Assembly: GCA_963733295.1 (NCBI GenBank)
Contig: CAVTCS010000003.1
Span: forward strand, 2,592,001 to 2,656,000
Reading direction: 5' to 3'
DNA length: 64,000 nucleotides
DNA from: Vulcanimicrobiota bacterium
GTDB lineage: Bacteria; Vulcanimicrobiota; Vulcanimicrobiia; Vulcanimicrobiales; Vulcanimicrobiaceae
The notes beneath the pieces were generated by a model. The model ran no database searches. It was not told where the DNA came from and worked only from the letters and a program-made list of their open reading frames with translations. A program made the translations under genes and the position numbers. Positions within the stretch are counted from its first letter, which is position 1, and the number at the start of each line of letters is the position of its first letter. This document shows positions 20,051-29,777 of the stretch, piece by piece.

Positions 20051-20218
20051 TTAGCAGTACGAGCCGCAGTGCCCTTGGTATCGTATCGGCTTCGTCCCGC
20101 GCACGTCGCGACGGACGGCGGCGAGAGCTACCGACTACGCGAGCGCAAGAAGGCGGGAATCAAATTGCCGGCTGGAAAACTCGCGCGTAAGGCGGGCCAA
20201 ACCTGAATTGAGGTATCG

Positions 20219-20579
20219 ATGCCGAGGGTTGCCTTTACGTCGGTCGATGAGTACATCGCCTTACAGCCGGAGCCGGCGCGAAGTCGCGCTTCGGCAAGTA
20301 CGCGACGCGATTCGCCTTGCTGCGCCCGAAGCCGAAGAACTCTTGGCCTATAACATGCCGAGCTACAAGCTGCACGGCACCGTATTCGTGCATTTCGCAG
20401 GTTGGAAAGATCACTACTCTCTGTACGGAGCGACGAAAGCCGTCCTCGCCGCATTCAAGTCCGAGCTACGACGACATGAAATCGCAAAAGGGACGATTCG
20501 ATTTCCGCTTTCGGAACCCGTACCAATGACGCTTATCGAACGTATTGCGAAGTTTCGTGCCAAGGAAGTGTCACCCTAA
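20219..20579 (+). pseudogene. DUF1801 (YdhG-like) protein with +1 frameshift
   Basis: GAGGT RBS and MPRVAFTSVDEYIALQPE in one frame; the family C-terminus (VRDAIR..APEAEE..AYNMP...KGTIRFP) is in the +1 frame from about 20280. Confidence 0.7.
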
Positions 20580-20792
20580 AACGGCTGGGTGGCCGCTCGA
20601 CCTTCACGGTCGTTTCCTCGGCCAGGTAACGCTGGGCTCCGGCGCTCGACTGCTGTCGAGTTGCCTGCTCTTCGACGTAGCGTAGAGAGCACGTCCCACT
20701 GGCGCTTGGCTTAAGGTTTGGTGAGCGGGGGATCCAATTTGCCTCGTGCGGCGTAGAATGTACCAAGCCGAACCTATGATGAGGGCCACCGC

Positions 20793-21179
20793 ATGACCAA
20801 CAAGCTTCGCACCATCTTTATCGCAGCGCTCGGGCTGACGCTCCTCGCCGCGCCGTTGGCCGCGAGTGCGGCGCCGACCGGTTACTATCGGACCGGCGGA
20901 GCGGTCTATCACAGCGGCTATCGCCCCTCGTACGGCTACTACCGGCCCGGCTACGGCTATTACCGCCCCCGCTACGGCTACTATCGCCCCGGCTTCGGCT
21001 ACTATCGCCCCGGCTTCGCGTACTATCGCCCCGGCTTCCCCTACTATCGCCCCGGCTTCGCGTTCGCGTACACGAACGGATGGTACGGTTTCACGCCGTA
21101 CGGTTGGTACGGATACTACTGGAACGGCGGTTGGTATCATCATCGCCGCTGGTCGGGCGGAGTCTGGCTTTACTTCTAG
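20793..21179 (+). CDS. Secreted low-complexity Tyr/Gly/Arg repeat protein
   Basis: Signal peptide (ASA|A); xYYRPG(Y/F) repeats; Trp/Tyr-rich tail. Confidence 0.75.
   Translation: MTNKLRTIFIAALGLTLLAAPLAASAAPTGYYRTGGAVYHSGYRPSYGYYRPGYGYYRPRYGYYRPGFGYYRPGFAYYRPGFPYYRPGFAFAYTNGWYGFTPYGWYGYYWNGGWYHHRRWSGGVWLYF
20916..21059 (+). repeat. 21-nt coding tandem repeat, about 7 units
   Basis: TACTATCGCCCCGGCTTC-like units, encoding GYYRPGY/GYYRPGF/AYYRPGF/PYYRPGF. Confidence 0.9.
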
Positions 21180-21262
21180 ACTCGGGTACGGCGGCTCCGC
21201 GGCGCCGCGAGGTTAACTGAACCGGGAACGCCCTCGGCGCGCGCGAACGTCCGTCCGTTACT

Positions 21263-22735
21263 ATGTCTGTCACGCACGAACGGCCCGCACTCCTCAAAGA
21301 CCTCGCGTACATCGACGGCGCGTGGACGAAGGCCGACTCCGGCCTTACGTTTGATGTCACGAATCCCGCGACCGGTGACCGCATCGCGAGCGTTCCGCGC
21401 ATGGGCGCGCCGGAGACGCGTCGCGCGATCGCCGCCGCTGCCGCCGCGCTTCCCGCGTGGCGCGCCAAGACGGGCAAGGAGCGCAGCGTCATCCTGCGTC
21501 GCTGGTTCGACGCGATCGTACGCCATCAGGACGACCTCGCGTTGCTGATGACGCTCGAACAGGGCAAACCGCTGGCCGAGGGACTCGGCGAAGTCGGGCT
21601 CGGGGCCTCGTACGTCGAGTGGTTCGCCGAGGAGGCGAAACGCGTCTACGGCGATACGATTCCGACACCGGCGCCGGACCGGCGGTCGGTCGTCATCAAG
21701 CAGCCGATCGGCGTGTGCGTCGGCATCACGCCCTGGAATTTTCCGCACGCGATGGTAACGCGAAAGTCGGCGCCCGCGCTGGCCGCCGGCTGCACCTTCG
21801 TCCTGAAGCCCGCCGAACAAACGCCGCTTTCGGCGCTCGCGCTGGCGGTTCTCGCCGAGGAAGCCGGCATTCCGCCCGGCGTGTTCAACATCGTCACCGG
21901 CGATGCCGACGACGCGCCGGTGATCGGCCGCGAGATGACCTCGAATCCGACCGTACGCAAGGTGGGTTTCACGGGGTCGACCGCCGTCGGGAAGCTTCTG
22001 ATGGAGCAGTGTTCGCAGACCGTCAAGAAAGTCTCGCTCGAACTCGGCGGGAACGCGCCGTTCATCGTCTTCGACGACGCGAACCTCGATGCCGCGATCG
22101 CCGGAGCGATGCGGGCGAAATTCCGCAACGCGGGCCAAGTCTGCATCAGTCCCAACCGCTTGCTCGTGCAAGAAGGCATCGCGGATGCGTTCGTCGCGCG
22201 CTTGCGCGACGCGGCCGCAAAGCTGCGCGTCGGGAACGGCCTCGAGGAAGGCGTGACGGTCGGACCGCTCATCGAGGAGCAAGGTCTGGCCAAAGTGATC
22301 GAACACGTTTCCGACGCGCGCTCGCGCGGCGCGAACGTCGTGCTCGGCGGCGCGCCGAGCAAACTCGGCATGACGTTCTACGAGCCGACGATCCTCACGG
22401 GCGTCACCGGCGAGATGATCATGTCGCACGAAGAGACGTTCGGTCCCGTCGCCGCGATCGCGACGTTCAAGACCGACGCGGACGCGATCGCGCTCGCCAA
22501 CGATACACCCTACGGGCTCGCCTCGTACTTCTACAGCCGCGACGTCGGTCGCGTCTGGCGCGTGGCCGAAGCGCTCGAATCGGGAATGGTCGGCATCAAC
22601 ACGGGACTCTTCACCGATGCGTCGATTCCGTTCGGTGGAATCAAGGAGTCGGGCATCGGCCGCGAGGGTTCGAAGTACGGGATCGACGAGTGGCTCGAAA
22701 TCAAATATCTCTGCTTCGGCGGTATCGATACGTAG
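21263..22735 (+). CDS. gabD: NAD(P)-dependent succinate-semialdehyde dehydrogenase family aldehyde dehydrogenase
   Basis: ITPWNFP, FTGST, LELGGNAP, NAGQVC, EETFGP and PFGGIKESG motifs. Confidence 0.88.
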   Translation: MSVTHERPALLKDLAYIDGAWTKADSGLTFDVTNPATGDRIASVPRMGAPETRRAIAAAAAALPAWRAKTGKERSVILRRWFDAIVRHQDDLALLMTLEQGKPLAEGLGEVGLGASYVEWFAEEAKRVYGDTIPTPAPDRRSVVIKQPIGVCVGITPWNFPHAMVTRKSAPALAAGCTFVLKPAEQTPLSALALAVLAEEAGIPPGVFNIVTGDADDAPVIGREMTSNPTVRKVGFTGSTAVGKLLMEQCSQTVKKVSLELGGNAPFIVFDDANLDAAIAGAMRAKFRNAGQVCISPNRLLVQEGIADAFVARLRDAAAKLRVGNGLEEGVTVGPLIEEQGLAKVIEHVSDARSRGANVVLGGAPSKLGMTFYEPTILTGVTGEMIMSHEETFGPVAAIATFKTDADAIALANDTPYGLASYFYSRDVGRVWRVAEALESGMVGINTGLFTDASIPFGGIKESGIGREGSKYGIDEWLEIKYLCFGGIDT

Positions 22736-22753
22736 CTGTCGCCGGGAGGTGGC

Positions 22754-24448
22754 TCAAGCGCCGCTAGGGCGCAGGAAATCGAAGTCGCAGCCGGCTTCGG
22801 CGCCGAGGACGTGTTCGGCGTAGAGTTTGAGGTAACCGCGCGCGGGCGGCGGGTCCGCGCGAAAGGTCGCGAGGCGCCGCTCGATTTCGCCGGCGTCGAC
22901 CAGTAGGTCGAGACGCTTCTCGCGCGCGCTGAGGCGGATGCGGTCGCCGTCGCGCACCGCCGCAAGCGGACCGCCCAAAGCCGATTCGGGCGAGACGTGC
23001 AGCACGATCGTGCCGTAGGCGGTGCCGCTCATGCGGGCGTCGCTGACGCGCAGCATGTCGCGCACGCCTCGTTCCGCCAACTTTTTCGGGATCGGCAAGT
23101 ACCCGGCTTCCGGCATCCCGGCACCAACCGGTCCCGCGCGTTGCAACACCAGCACGTCGTCCGGCGCCACGTCGAGGTCTGCCCGGTCGACGCGCGCGGC
23201 CAGATCCGCTAAGTCGCGAAAAACGACGGCGCGGCCTTCGTGTTCGAGCAAGCGCGCATCGGCCGCCGCGGCTTTGAGAATCGCGCCGTTCGGCGCAAGG
23301 TTTCCGAAGAGTGCGACGAGCGCGTCGCGTTCGACGAACGGGTGGTCGAGCTCGGCGATCACCGAACGGTCGACGTACGTCGAGGTTCGTTCGCGCGCGA
23401 GTCGCGCCTCGAGCGTTTCGCCCGCGATCGAGAGCGTTTGCCGTTGCAGTTTCGGCGCGAGCTCGCGCAGGAGCGCGCCCATTCCGCCGGCGGCGTGAAA
23501 GTCTTCCATGTAGCCCTTGCCGACGGGCTTGAGATTGACGAGCACCGGCGTGTCCGCGCTCAGCGCGTTGAAGCGTTCGAGCGTAAGCGGGATCGAGAGA
23601 CGGCCCGCGATCGCGCTCAGATGTATGACGGCGTTGGTCGAACCGCCCAGCGCGAACAGGACGCGCAGCGCATTCTCGACGCTCTCGCGGGTCACGATGC
23701 GATCGGGGGTGAGGTTTTCGGCCGCCAGCCCGACGGCGCGCCGTCCCGTCGCCTCCGCCACGCGCAGGCGCTCGGCGTGCACGGCGGGCGGCGTGGCGGA
23801 GCCGGGCAGGCTCATGCCGAGCGCCTCGGTCACGCAGGCCATCGTGCTGGCCGTCCCCATGACGGCGCAGGTTCCGGCGGTCGTCGCAAGGTTCGATTCG
23901 ATCTCGCCGATGCGTTCGCGCGACAATTCACCGGCGCGGTAGCGAGCCCAATACGAACGGCAATCGGTGCACGCGCCGAGCCGTACGCCCTCGAAGCGAC
24001 CCGCAAGCATCGAACCGGTGACGAGCGAGATGGCCGGCTTTCCCGCGGAAAGCGCTCCCATCAGTTGCGCGGGAACCGTTTTGTCGCAGCCGCCGATGAG
24101 CACCACCGAGTCCATCGGCTGAGCTCGGATCATCTCCTCGACGTCCATCGCCATCAGGTTGCGAAACACCAGGCTCGTCGGTTGTAGAAACGGTTCACCG
24201 AGTGAGATCGTCGGAAACTCGAGCGGCAGTCCGCCGGCTGCCAGCACGCCGCGCGCGACGGTCGCGACGAGTTCGGGCATCGAACGATGGCAGTTGTTGA
24301 ATCCGCTTCCGGAACTCGCGATGCCGACGATGGGTCGCGCCAACATCGCATCCGAGAGTCCCATCGACTTGGCGAAAGCCCGTCGCAGATACAGCGAAAA
24401 CTCCGGGTCGCCGTAGTTGGTGAGGCCTCGCGAGAGGCCGCCGCTCAC
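22754..24448 (-). CDS. IlvD/Edd family dehydratase (probably a sugar-acid dehydratase)
   Basis: NNCH, GGCDKT, GTASTM, GGSTN and SDARMSGT motifs; GTG 24448 overlaps the upstream stop. Confidence 0.9.
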   Translation of the reverse strand: MSGGLSRGLTNYGDPEFSLYLRRAFAKSMGLSDAMLARPIVGIASSGSGFNNCHRSMPELVATVARGVLAAGGLPLEFPTISLGEPFLQPTSLVFRNLMAMDVEEMIRAQPMDSVVLIGGCDKTVPAQLMGALSAGKPAISLVTGSMLAGRFEGVRLGACTDCRSYWARYRAGELSRERIGEIESNLATTAGTCAVMGTASTMACVTEALGMSLPGSATPPAVHAERLRVAEATGRRAVGLAAENLTPDRIVTRESVENALRVLFALGGSTNAVIHLSAIAGRLSIPLTLERFNALSADTPVLVNLKPVGKGYMEDFHAAGGMGALLRELAPKLQRQTLSIAGETLEARLARERTSTYVDRSVIAELDHPFVERDALVALFGNLAPNGAILKAAAADARLLEHEGRAVVFRDLADLAARVDRADLDVAPDDVLVLQRAGPVGAGMPEAGYLPIPKKLAERGVRDMLRVSDARMSGTAYGTIVLHVSPESALGGPLAAVRDGDRIRLSAREKRLDLLVDAGEIERRLATFRADPPPARGYLKLYAEHVLGAEAGCDFDFLRPSGA

Positions 24449-25359
24449 ACGATCGCGCCGGATGGCGCGGCGTAACCGGCAGCGCCCAAGCGTTCGAGCA
24501 GCGTCGTGCGCTCGCCGGCCGTCAGCGTTCCGAGCGGCGGCATCGCGCGCAGCCACTCGGCATCGCGATGCAGCTCGCTTACGAGCAAGCGAAGCGCGGG
24601 AATCACCGGCACGCTTGCGATCGCGGCGCGCAGCGCGGCAAGCTTCGTCTGGGCGCCGGCGTCGCCGTCGCCGCGCCAGACCGGCGCGCAATACGGTGCG
24701 GTCACGTTCGCAGAAGCCGAGATGCACCCCGCGTATCCTGCACGGCGGCTCTCGGCAAGCATCGCTTCGGAGCTGGGGAAGATGTCGAATGACGGATACG
24801 CGCCGTGCATCGCCGCCGCGTACGCCATGTCGCCGGAACTATCTTTGAGACCCGCGATCGCAGGCCCGAACCGCTCGATCAATTTCCCCGCCAGATCCAC
24901 GGAAATCGGCACGCCGCTCATTTTCGGAAAGTTGTAGAGGTAGAGCCGCAACGCGTCACTGCCGGTGCCTTCGATCAACGCCGAGTAAAACGCGAACGTT
25001 CCTTCGGCGGGAACCTCTTTGTAATAGAACGGCGGGATCACGAGCGCACCGCCGAACCCGAGGGCGACCGCGGTCTTCGTCAGCACGATCGCATCGGCAA
25101 GCGCCGCGGCGCCGGTGCCGACCAACATCGTCGCGAGCGGCAAACCGCAATCCGCCAGCGCTTCCATGAGCGCGACGCGCTGCGCCGTCGAGAACGATGC
25201 CGCTTCGCCCGTCGTCCCGAGGACGTTCAGCCCGTCGCACCCGTTCTCCAAGAGCCAGCGCGCGTGCGCGATCGAGCGCGGGTGGTCGGGGGCCAAGTTG
25301 CGGCCCACCGGCGTCAGGAGCGCGGCCAAAACCCCGTGCGGGCGAGTGTTCGCTTCCAT
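24445..25359 (-). CDS. DapA/NanA-family aldolase/dehydratase
   Basis: LLTP, GTTGE, YNFP and GLKDSSG (Schiff-base Lys); AAGGAGG RBS. Confidence 0.88.
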   Translation of the reverse strand: MEANTRPHGVLAALLTPVGRNLAPDHPRSIAHARWLLENGCDGLNVLGTTGEAASFSTAQRVALMEALADCGLPLATMLVGTGAAALADAIVLTKTAVALGFGGALVIPPFYYKEVPAEGTFAFYSALIEGTGSDALRLYLYNFPKMSGVPISVDLAGKLIERFGPAIAGLKDSSGDMAYAAAMHGAYPSFDIFPSSEAMLAESRRAGYAGCISASANVTAPYCAPVWRGDGDAGAQTKLAALRAAIASVPVIPALRLLVSELHRDAEWLRAMPPLGTLTAGERTTLLERLGAAGYAAPSGAIV

Positions 25360-25447
25360 ATCACCCTCCTTTCAGGCGCTTGCGCGCTACGCCTTTGCGG
25401 AAGCGCGCGGCGGTGCGCGAGCGGCGCGCGCCGAACGGAGACGGGTC

Positions 25448-26131
25448 ATGATCGGCGCTGAAACGGCGTATGCGAATGCGGCCAACGCCGCTGCTGCTGC
25501 GTTCGCTGCCGCCCCCGCTTCGATTTCGTACCGGGTCGACATCGAGACGCATGCCGGGACGGCGGTCTACCGCGAAGCGAGCGCCGTCGAACTGCGCACC
25601 GGCGACGGCAGCGCGATCGTGCGGGACGCGAACGGCACGCCGCGCAGCGGTGCGCCGCCGGCCTTGCCAGCGGCCCTCGATCCGCTCGGCGACTGGGCTT
25701 TCAGCGCGCAACTCAACGACGGCCGCGTGGTCATGCACGTCGTCTACGAGCACCCCAAGCAGTACGCGTTCCCGACGCCCGGGCCGCAGGCCGACGTCGT
25801 TGTAAAGAGCATCGCCGGCTACGACGTACGCTTTGCGGCGGGAGACGTGCAACACATCGAACTTTCTCCGGCAACCGCCGAGACGCGAGCCTTCGCCGCG
25901 CAGCCCAACCACTTCGTCTACCGAGACGTCTTTATCGACGCGGTCACAGCTTTGCCGTCGCGCGTCGTGCTAACCGCGCCGGACGAGACCCTCACGCTCG
26001 ATTTCGGTACCTTCGACGGTCATTGGTTGCTCTCGCATCTGGACTACGATGCGGTGCAACATATGAACCGGCACACCGAACGTCGCTATACCGTCGAGGC
26101 CAGCTACTCGGACTACGCGTTCGCCGGTTAG
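25448..26131 (+). CDS. Hypothetical protein (beta-rich)
   Basis: GC3-biased open frame after a GGAG RBS; no recognised motif. Confidence 0.55.
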   Translation: MIGAETAYANAANAAAAAFAAAPASISYRVDIETHAGTAVYREASAVELRTGDGSAIVRDANGTPRSGAPPALPAALDPLGDWAFSAQLNDGRVVMHVVYEHPKQYAFPTPGPQADVVVKSIAGYDVRFAAGDVQHIELSPATAETRAFAAQPNHFVYRDVFIDAVTALPSRVVLTAPDETLTLDFGTFDGHWLLSHLDYDAVQHMNRHTERRYTVEASYSDYAFAG

Positions 26132-26136
26132 CGAGA

Positions 26137-26595
26137 TTAGTGTCGCGCGACGAGCGCGAAAGCCGCGTTCATGAAGCCATGACGCCGCGGACGCAGCGCA
26201 CTTTGTATGAGGCTAATCAGTTCGCCGAGCGCGTTCGGCCGCTCGGCGCCATCCTCCGCGCCGCGCGAAAAGCCGACGATGCTCGGCGCGGAATCGTCGC
26301 GCGCGTCGAGCATGACGACGGGGCACTCCGTCTCGTTTCGAATCGCTTCGAGCAGCGAAACTCCGTCGAGCGGGGCAAGCATGTCGAGCAAGATGACGGC
26401 ATCCGGGTCGTGCAAGCGCACCAGGGCTTGACCGGCGCCGCCGTCCACCGCGCTTTCGACGTCGAATCCGCCGCGGCCGAGACCGCTCGAAAGGAGCCGC
26501 TGGGTAAGCTGACCGCGACCGATCACGATGACCTTGCCGTGGACGCCGTCCTGAGGCGCAGCTGCTGCCGCCGTCCGGACGATGGGCGCGAGCAT
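26137..26595 (-). CDS. Stand-alone atypical receiver (REC) domain protein
   Basis: GFDV..A.DG, PD.VILLD, DG.SLL..IR and PVVML pattern; acidic pocket and conserved Lys are altered. Confidence 0.7.
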   Translation of the reverse strand: MLAPIVRTAAAAAPQDGVHGKVIVIGRGQLTQRLLSSGLGRGGFDVESAVDGGAGQALVRLHDPDAVILLDMLAPLDGVSLLEAIRNETECPVVMLDARDDSAPSIVGFSRGAEDGAERPNALGELISLIQSALRPRRHGFMNAAFALVARH

Positions 26596-26680
26596 GGTGA
26601 GATAATACGTCAGAATGCTTCGGTAAGTCTGGGAGTGCCGCGCGGCGCTCTCACCGACTTTTCATCCGCTCGACAGGTTC

Positions 26681-27196
26681 GTGCGGCCCAGCGATGTTAC
26701 GATCAGACCAGCGCAGACGCCGCAGAGGAGCGCGAAGATTCGGTTTTACCCAGTTACGGCGACCGCTTTTTTTGCGTTCGCGCTCGCTTTCGTTCCGGCC
26801 GAGGCGCAACATGCGCTGCCGGCGCCGTCTCCCGCTTCGCCGCTGGCTCCGGCCGACGAGTACTTCGGCCACTTCCGGCTCAGCGTGCTCGGCATCGGCA
26901 ACGAAATGCGGCTCGCGGCGGAGCGGCTGGAGCACGGAGTCGACCCGCACACCGTTTGCGAGGGCCCGCTCGCCTTTGCGAGCGACTCGATCGGCGCATG
27001 GGAACAAGCCTACCCGCACGATCCCGCCATCCCGCGCTATCTGCTCGCGCTCGAACGAGTGTATCTCGAAGCCGCGGGTCCGGAAGCTCGCGAGCGCGCG
27101 GTTGCGACCGAAGCGTGGCTATTGCGCGACTATCCCGGTTCCGAAGCGGCGCGCACGGCGGAAGCCGAACTCTCGGGCAGGGAAGCCGCGCGCTGA
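26681..27196 (+). CDS. Hypothetical secreted helical protein
   Basis: Hydrophobic leader ending AEA; APADEYFG and W..AYP.DP segments; start uncertain. Confidence 0.55.
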   Translation: MRPSDVTIRPAQTPQRSAKIRFYPVTATAFFAFALAFVPAEAQHALPAPSPASPLAPADEYFGHFRLSVLGIGNEMRLAAERLEHGVDPHTVCEGPLAFASDSIGAWEQAYPHDPAIPRYLLALERVYLEAAGPEARERAVATEAWLLRDYPGSEAARTAEAELSGREAAR

Positions 27197-27212
27197 GAGA
27201 GCGCTAGCGCAC

Positions 27213-27863
27213 TTAGGCCGGCTGGGCGAAAGCGACGATCTCGTCGTTCGCGCGATGGTTCGTCCAGAAATTCGTGCCGTCGAACGCAAGCCCGCGCGCC
27301 GGAAACGATATGTGGGCGACGTCGCTGACCTGGGGCGTCGGACCGCGCGCATCGATGCAGGTCAACCAGTAGTCCTCGCTCTCTTCGTCGTCGGTTGTCA
27401 CGAGGAAGAAGCGGCCCGCGACAACGACCACGCCGCAGATGTCGTGCGGGACGCCGAGCACGCTTCCGACCGTCCCCCGGTCGTCGAGCGACAACACGCG
27501 CCGCTTGTAGAACTGGCTGACGTACAGCCGGTCGCCGTCGTACGCCAGTTGCGAACCCGTGTCGTCGGGGACCGGAATCGCGCCTTCGGACTTGAAGCCG
27601 TGACCCGGCACGAAGCGCCGGATCACGCGATGGTCATCGGGGGTTTCGCCGCAAAGCACCCGCAGTTCGTCACCCACGACCGTCATGCCGTAAGGCAAGC
27701 CGGGGGCTGCGGCCTCCTCGCGCACAGTCCATTGTCGCCGATCGATCGCGTACAACCGGCCGGTTTCGAGCGAACCCATCCACAGAAGCGTCCCGTCGAA
27801 GGCCAGCGACTGCGGGCGCGGCGCGGGCGAGGGCAAGCGCAACATTTCCCTGATCTCTTGCAT
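27213..27863 (-). CDS. Beta-propeller protein (glutamine cyclotransferase/YncE-like)
   Basis: Repeated LA(F/Y)DG..LW motifs. Confidence 0.65.
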   Translation of the reverse strand: MQEIREMLRLPSPAPRPQSLAFDGTLLWMGSLETGRLYAIDRRQWTVREEAAAPGLPYGMTVVGDELRVLCGETPDDHRVIRRFVPGHGFKSEGAIPVPDDTGSQLAYDGDRLYVSQFYKRRVLSLDDRGTVGSVLGVPHDICGVVVVAGRFFLVTTDDEESEDYWLTCIDARGPTPQVSDVAHISFPARGLAFDGTNFWTNHRANDEIVAFAQPA

Positions 27864-27921
27864 GCCGTCTGTCTTCGAACGAAGGAGGAGCTTCCCTCGG
27901 AATGACCGCTACGGGGCGGTT

Positions 27922-29355
27922 TCAGTACGGCGCTTCGAGCCGCGCGCGCACGTCCTTGAACAAGTCGCGGTCGTCGACGACGCGTCGCGCCTTGTGGTCG
28001 GTACGGGGAAAGGTCGCCGGCGGGCAGGCTTCGATCTTGGCGCGGACGCCGAGCACGCGCTGCAATCCCTCTCCGGCGCGGCGGGCGAAATCGGCGATTG
28101 CGGACTCGCCGCGGGCGGCCAACCCGGCGTCGAATTCGGCCCGAACCAGCAGTTCGTCCATCGAGCCTTCGCGTGAAATCACGACGCGGTGTTCGCCACC
28201 GTATCCCGCCGTCGCGTTGAGAACGTTTTCGATCTCCGCAGGGTAGACGTTCTCACCGCGGATCTGGAACATGTCGTCGATGCGGCCGTAGATGCCCTTC
28301 GGCAGCCGGGGATAGGTCCGGCCGCACGGATTCTCTTCCATAACCCAGTGGGTCAGATCGCCCGATAGCAAACGGATCATCGGCTGCGAGGTTCGTTCGA
28401 GGTGCGTGTAGACCGGCGTGCCCTGGCGGCCGTACGTGACGCGCCGCAAAGTCGACGGATCGCACACCTCGTGATAGACCACGTCTTGCCACAAGAGCAT
28501 GCCCTCGCCGCTGCCGGCGCTACCCGCCGCGCTCATGAACGGCGTCATCTCCGCCATCGTTCCGCAGTCGAACACCTTTGCGCCGTAGGCGGTGGCGATG
28601 CGCTCGCGCACCGAAGGGATCGACGCGCCCGGTTCTCCCGAGAAGAACATGATCTCCATGCCGAGCTCGCGCGGATCGTAGCCTTCTTCGCGTGCGACTT
28701 CAGCCAGACGCAACGCGTACGACGGCGTGCTGTAGAAACCGCGCGGCTTTACAGCCGCCAACCACTGCACCGCGCGCGCCGTCATGCCGGGGACTCCCGC
28801 ACCGAAGGGAAAGCTCCGGGCGCGAAGCCGCTCGGCACCGAGCAGCGTGCCCCACGAACCCATATACAGGCTGAAGATCGACGCAACGAAGATCGTGTCG
28901 CCGGGACGAAGCCCCATTCCCCAGAGGATCCGCGCGTGGTTGTTCGCGATGGCCTTCCAATCGGCGCGGCCGATGGCAAACGCCGTCGGTTGCCCGGTCG
29001 TGCCCGAGGTCCCGTGAATGTGGTGCACTTCTCGTTCGGGCTCGCAAAGATAGTCACCGAAGGGCGGCGCGGCCGCTTGCGACGCGCGCAACTCGGCTTT
29101 GGTGACGACCGGAACGCGCTCGAACGCCTCGAGCGAGTCGATCGACTCGGGATCGATCCCGGCCTCGTCCCACTTTCTGCGGTAGAACGGCGAGGTCGCA
29201 TACGCGTAGCGCATGACTTCTCGCAGCCGAACGACGATCGCCGCGTCGCGTTCCGCGGCCGGCATCGTTTCGCGCCGCGGGAACCAATACGGACTCGCGG
29301 CGTCCGGCAGGTAGCCGTCGTCGTAAGCCGGCGGGAACGCCCAGGCCTCCATCAC
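27922..29355 (-). CDS. hcl: PaaK-family acyl-CoA ligase, probable 2-hydroxyisobutyrate-CoA ligase
   Basis: TSGTTG, FSGEPG and GRIDDM motifs; last gene of the mutase operon. Confidence 0.8.
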   Translation of the reverse strand: MMEAWAFPPAYDDGYLPDAASPYWFPRRETMPAAERDAAIVVRLREVMRYAYATSPFYRRKWDEAGIDPESIDSLEAFERVPVVTKAELRASQAAAPPFGDYLCEPEREVHHIHGTSGTTGQPTAFAIGRADWKAIANNHARILWGMGLRPGDTIFVASIFSLYMGSWGTLLGAERLRARSFPFGAGVPGMTARAVQWLAAVKPRGFYSTPSYALRLAEVAREEGYDPRELGMEIMFFSGEPGASIPSVRERIATAYGAKVFDCGTMAEMTPFMSAAGSAGSGEGMLLWQDVVYHEVCDPSTLRRVTYGRQGTPVYTHLERTSQPMIRLLSGDLTHWVMEENPCGRTYPRLPKGIYGRIDDMFQIRGENVYPAEIENVLNATAGYGGEHRVVISREGSMDELLVRAEFDAGLAARGESAIADFARRAGEGLQRVLGVRAKIEACPPATFPRTDHKARRVVDDRDLFKDVRARLEAPY

Positions 29356-29777
29356 GGTGCCGCGCGGCTTCGTCGCGCGGCGCGTCCGAAGTCGGCGACC
29401 ACGCGCTCGATCCCGTCGATCAAATCCTGCGTCGTGGCGTCGGCGTCGAAGATCGCGCGAACTCCGGCCGCTTTGAGTTTCGGTACGTCGGCCTCTTGAA
29501 TCACGCCGCCTCCGATGACGGCAATGTCGTCGACCTCGCGCTCCGCCAACAGCTGCATGACCTTGGGAAAGATCGTCATGTGCGCGCCCGAGAGGATGCT
29601 GATCCCAATCACGTCGACGTCCTCCTGAATCGCCGCGTTGACGATCATCTCGGGCGTTTGATGTAAGCCGGTATACACGACCTCCATCCCTGCGTCGCGC
29701 AGCGCGCGTGCGACGATCTTGGCGCCGCGGTCGTGGCCGTCCAGGCCGGGTTTGGCAACGAGCACTTTAGTCGGCAC
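29352..29777 (-). CDS. hcmB: Cobalamin-binding small subunit of acyl-CoA mutase
   Basis: [11 protein letters not shown] (DxHxxG), SILSGAH, GG.I; GTG start after GAGGTG. Confidence 0.9.
   Translation of the reverse strand: MPTKVLVAKPGLDGHDRGAKIVARALRDAGMEVVYTGLHQTPEMIVNAAIQEDVDVIGISILSGAHMTIFPKVMQLLAEREVDDIAVIGGGVIQEADVPKLKAAGVRAIFDADATTQDLIDGIERVVADFGRAARRSRAAP

Noticed and set aside
16646..20700. Mobile element or integrative island boundaries
   Set aside because: No integrase, transposase, tRNA target, terminal inverted repeats or direct repeats were found.
20916..21059. CRISPR array
   Set aside because: Contiguous in-frame 21-nt units with no spacers and no cas genes.
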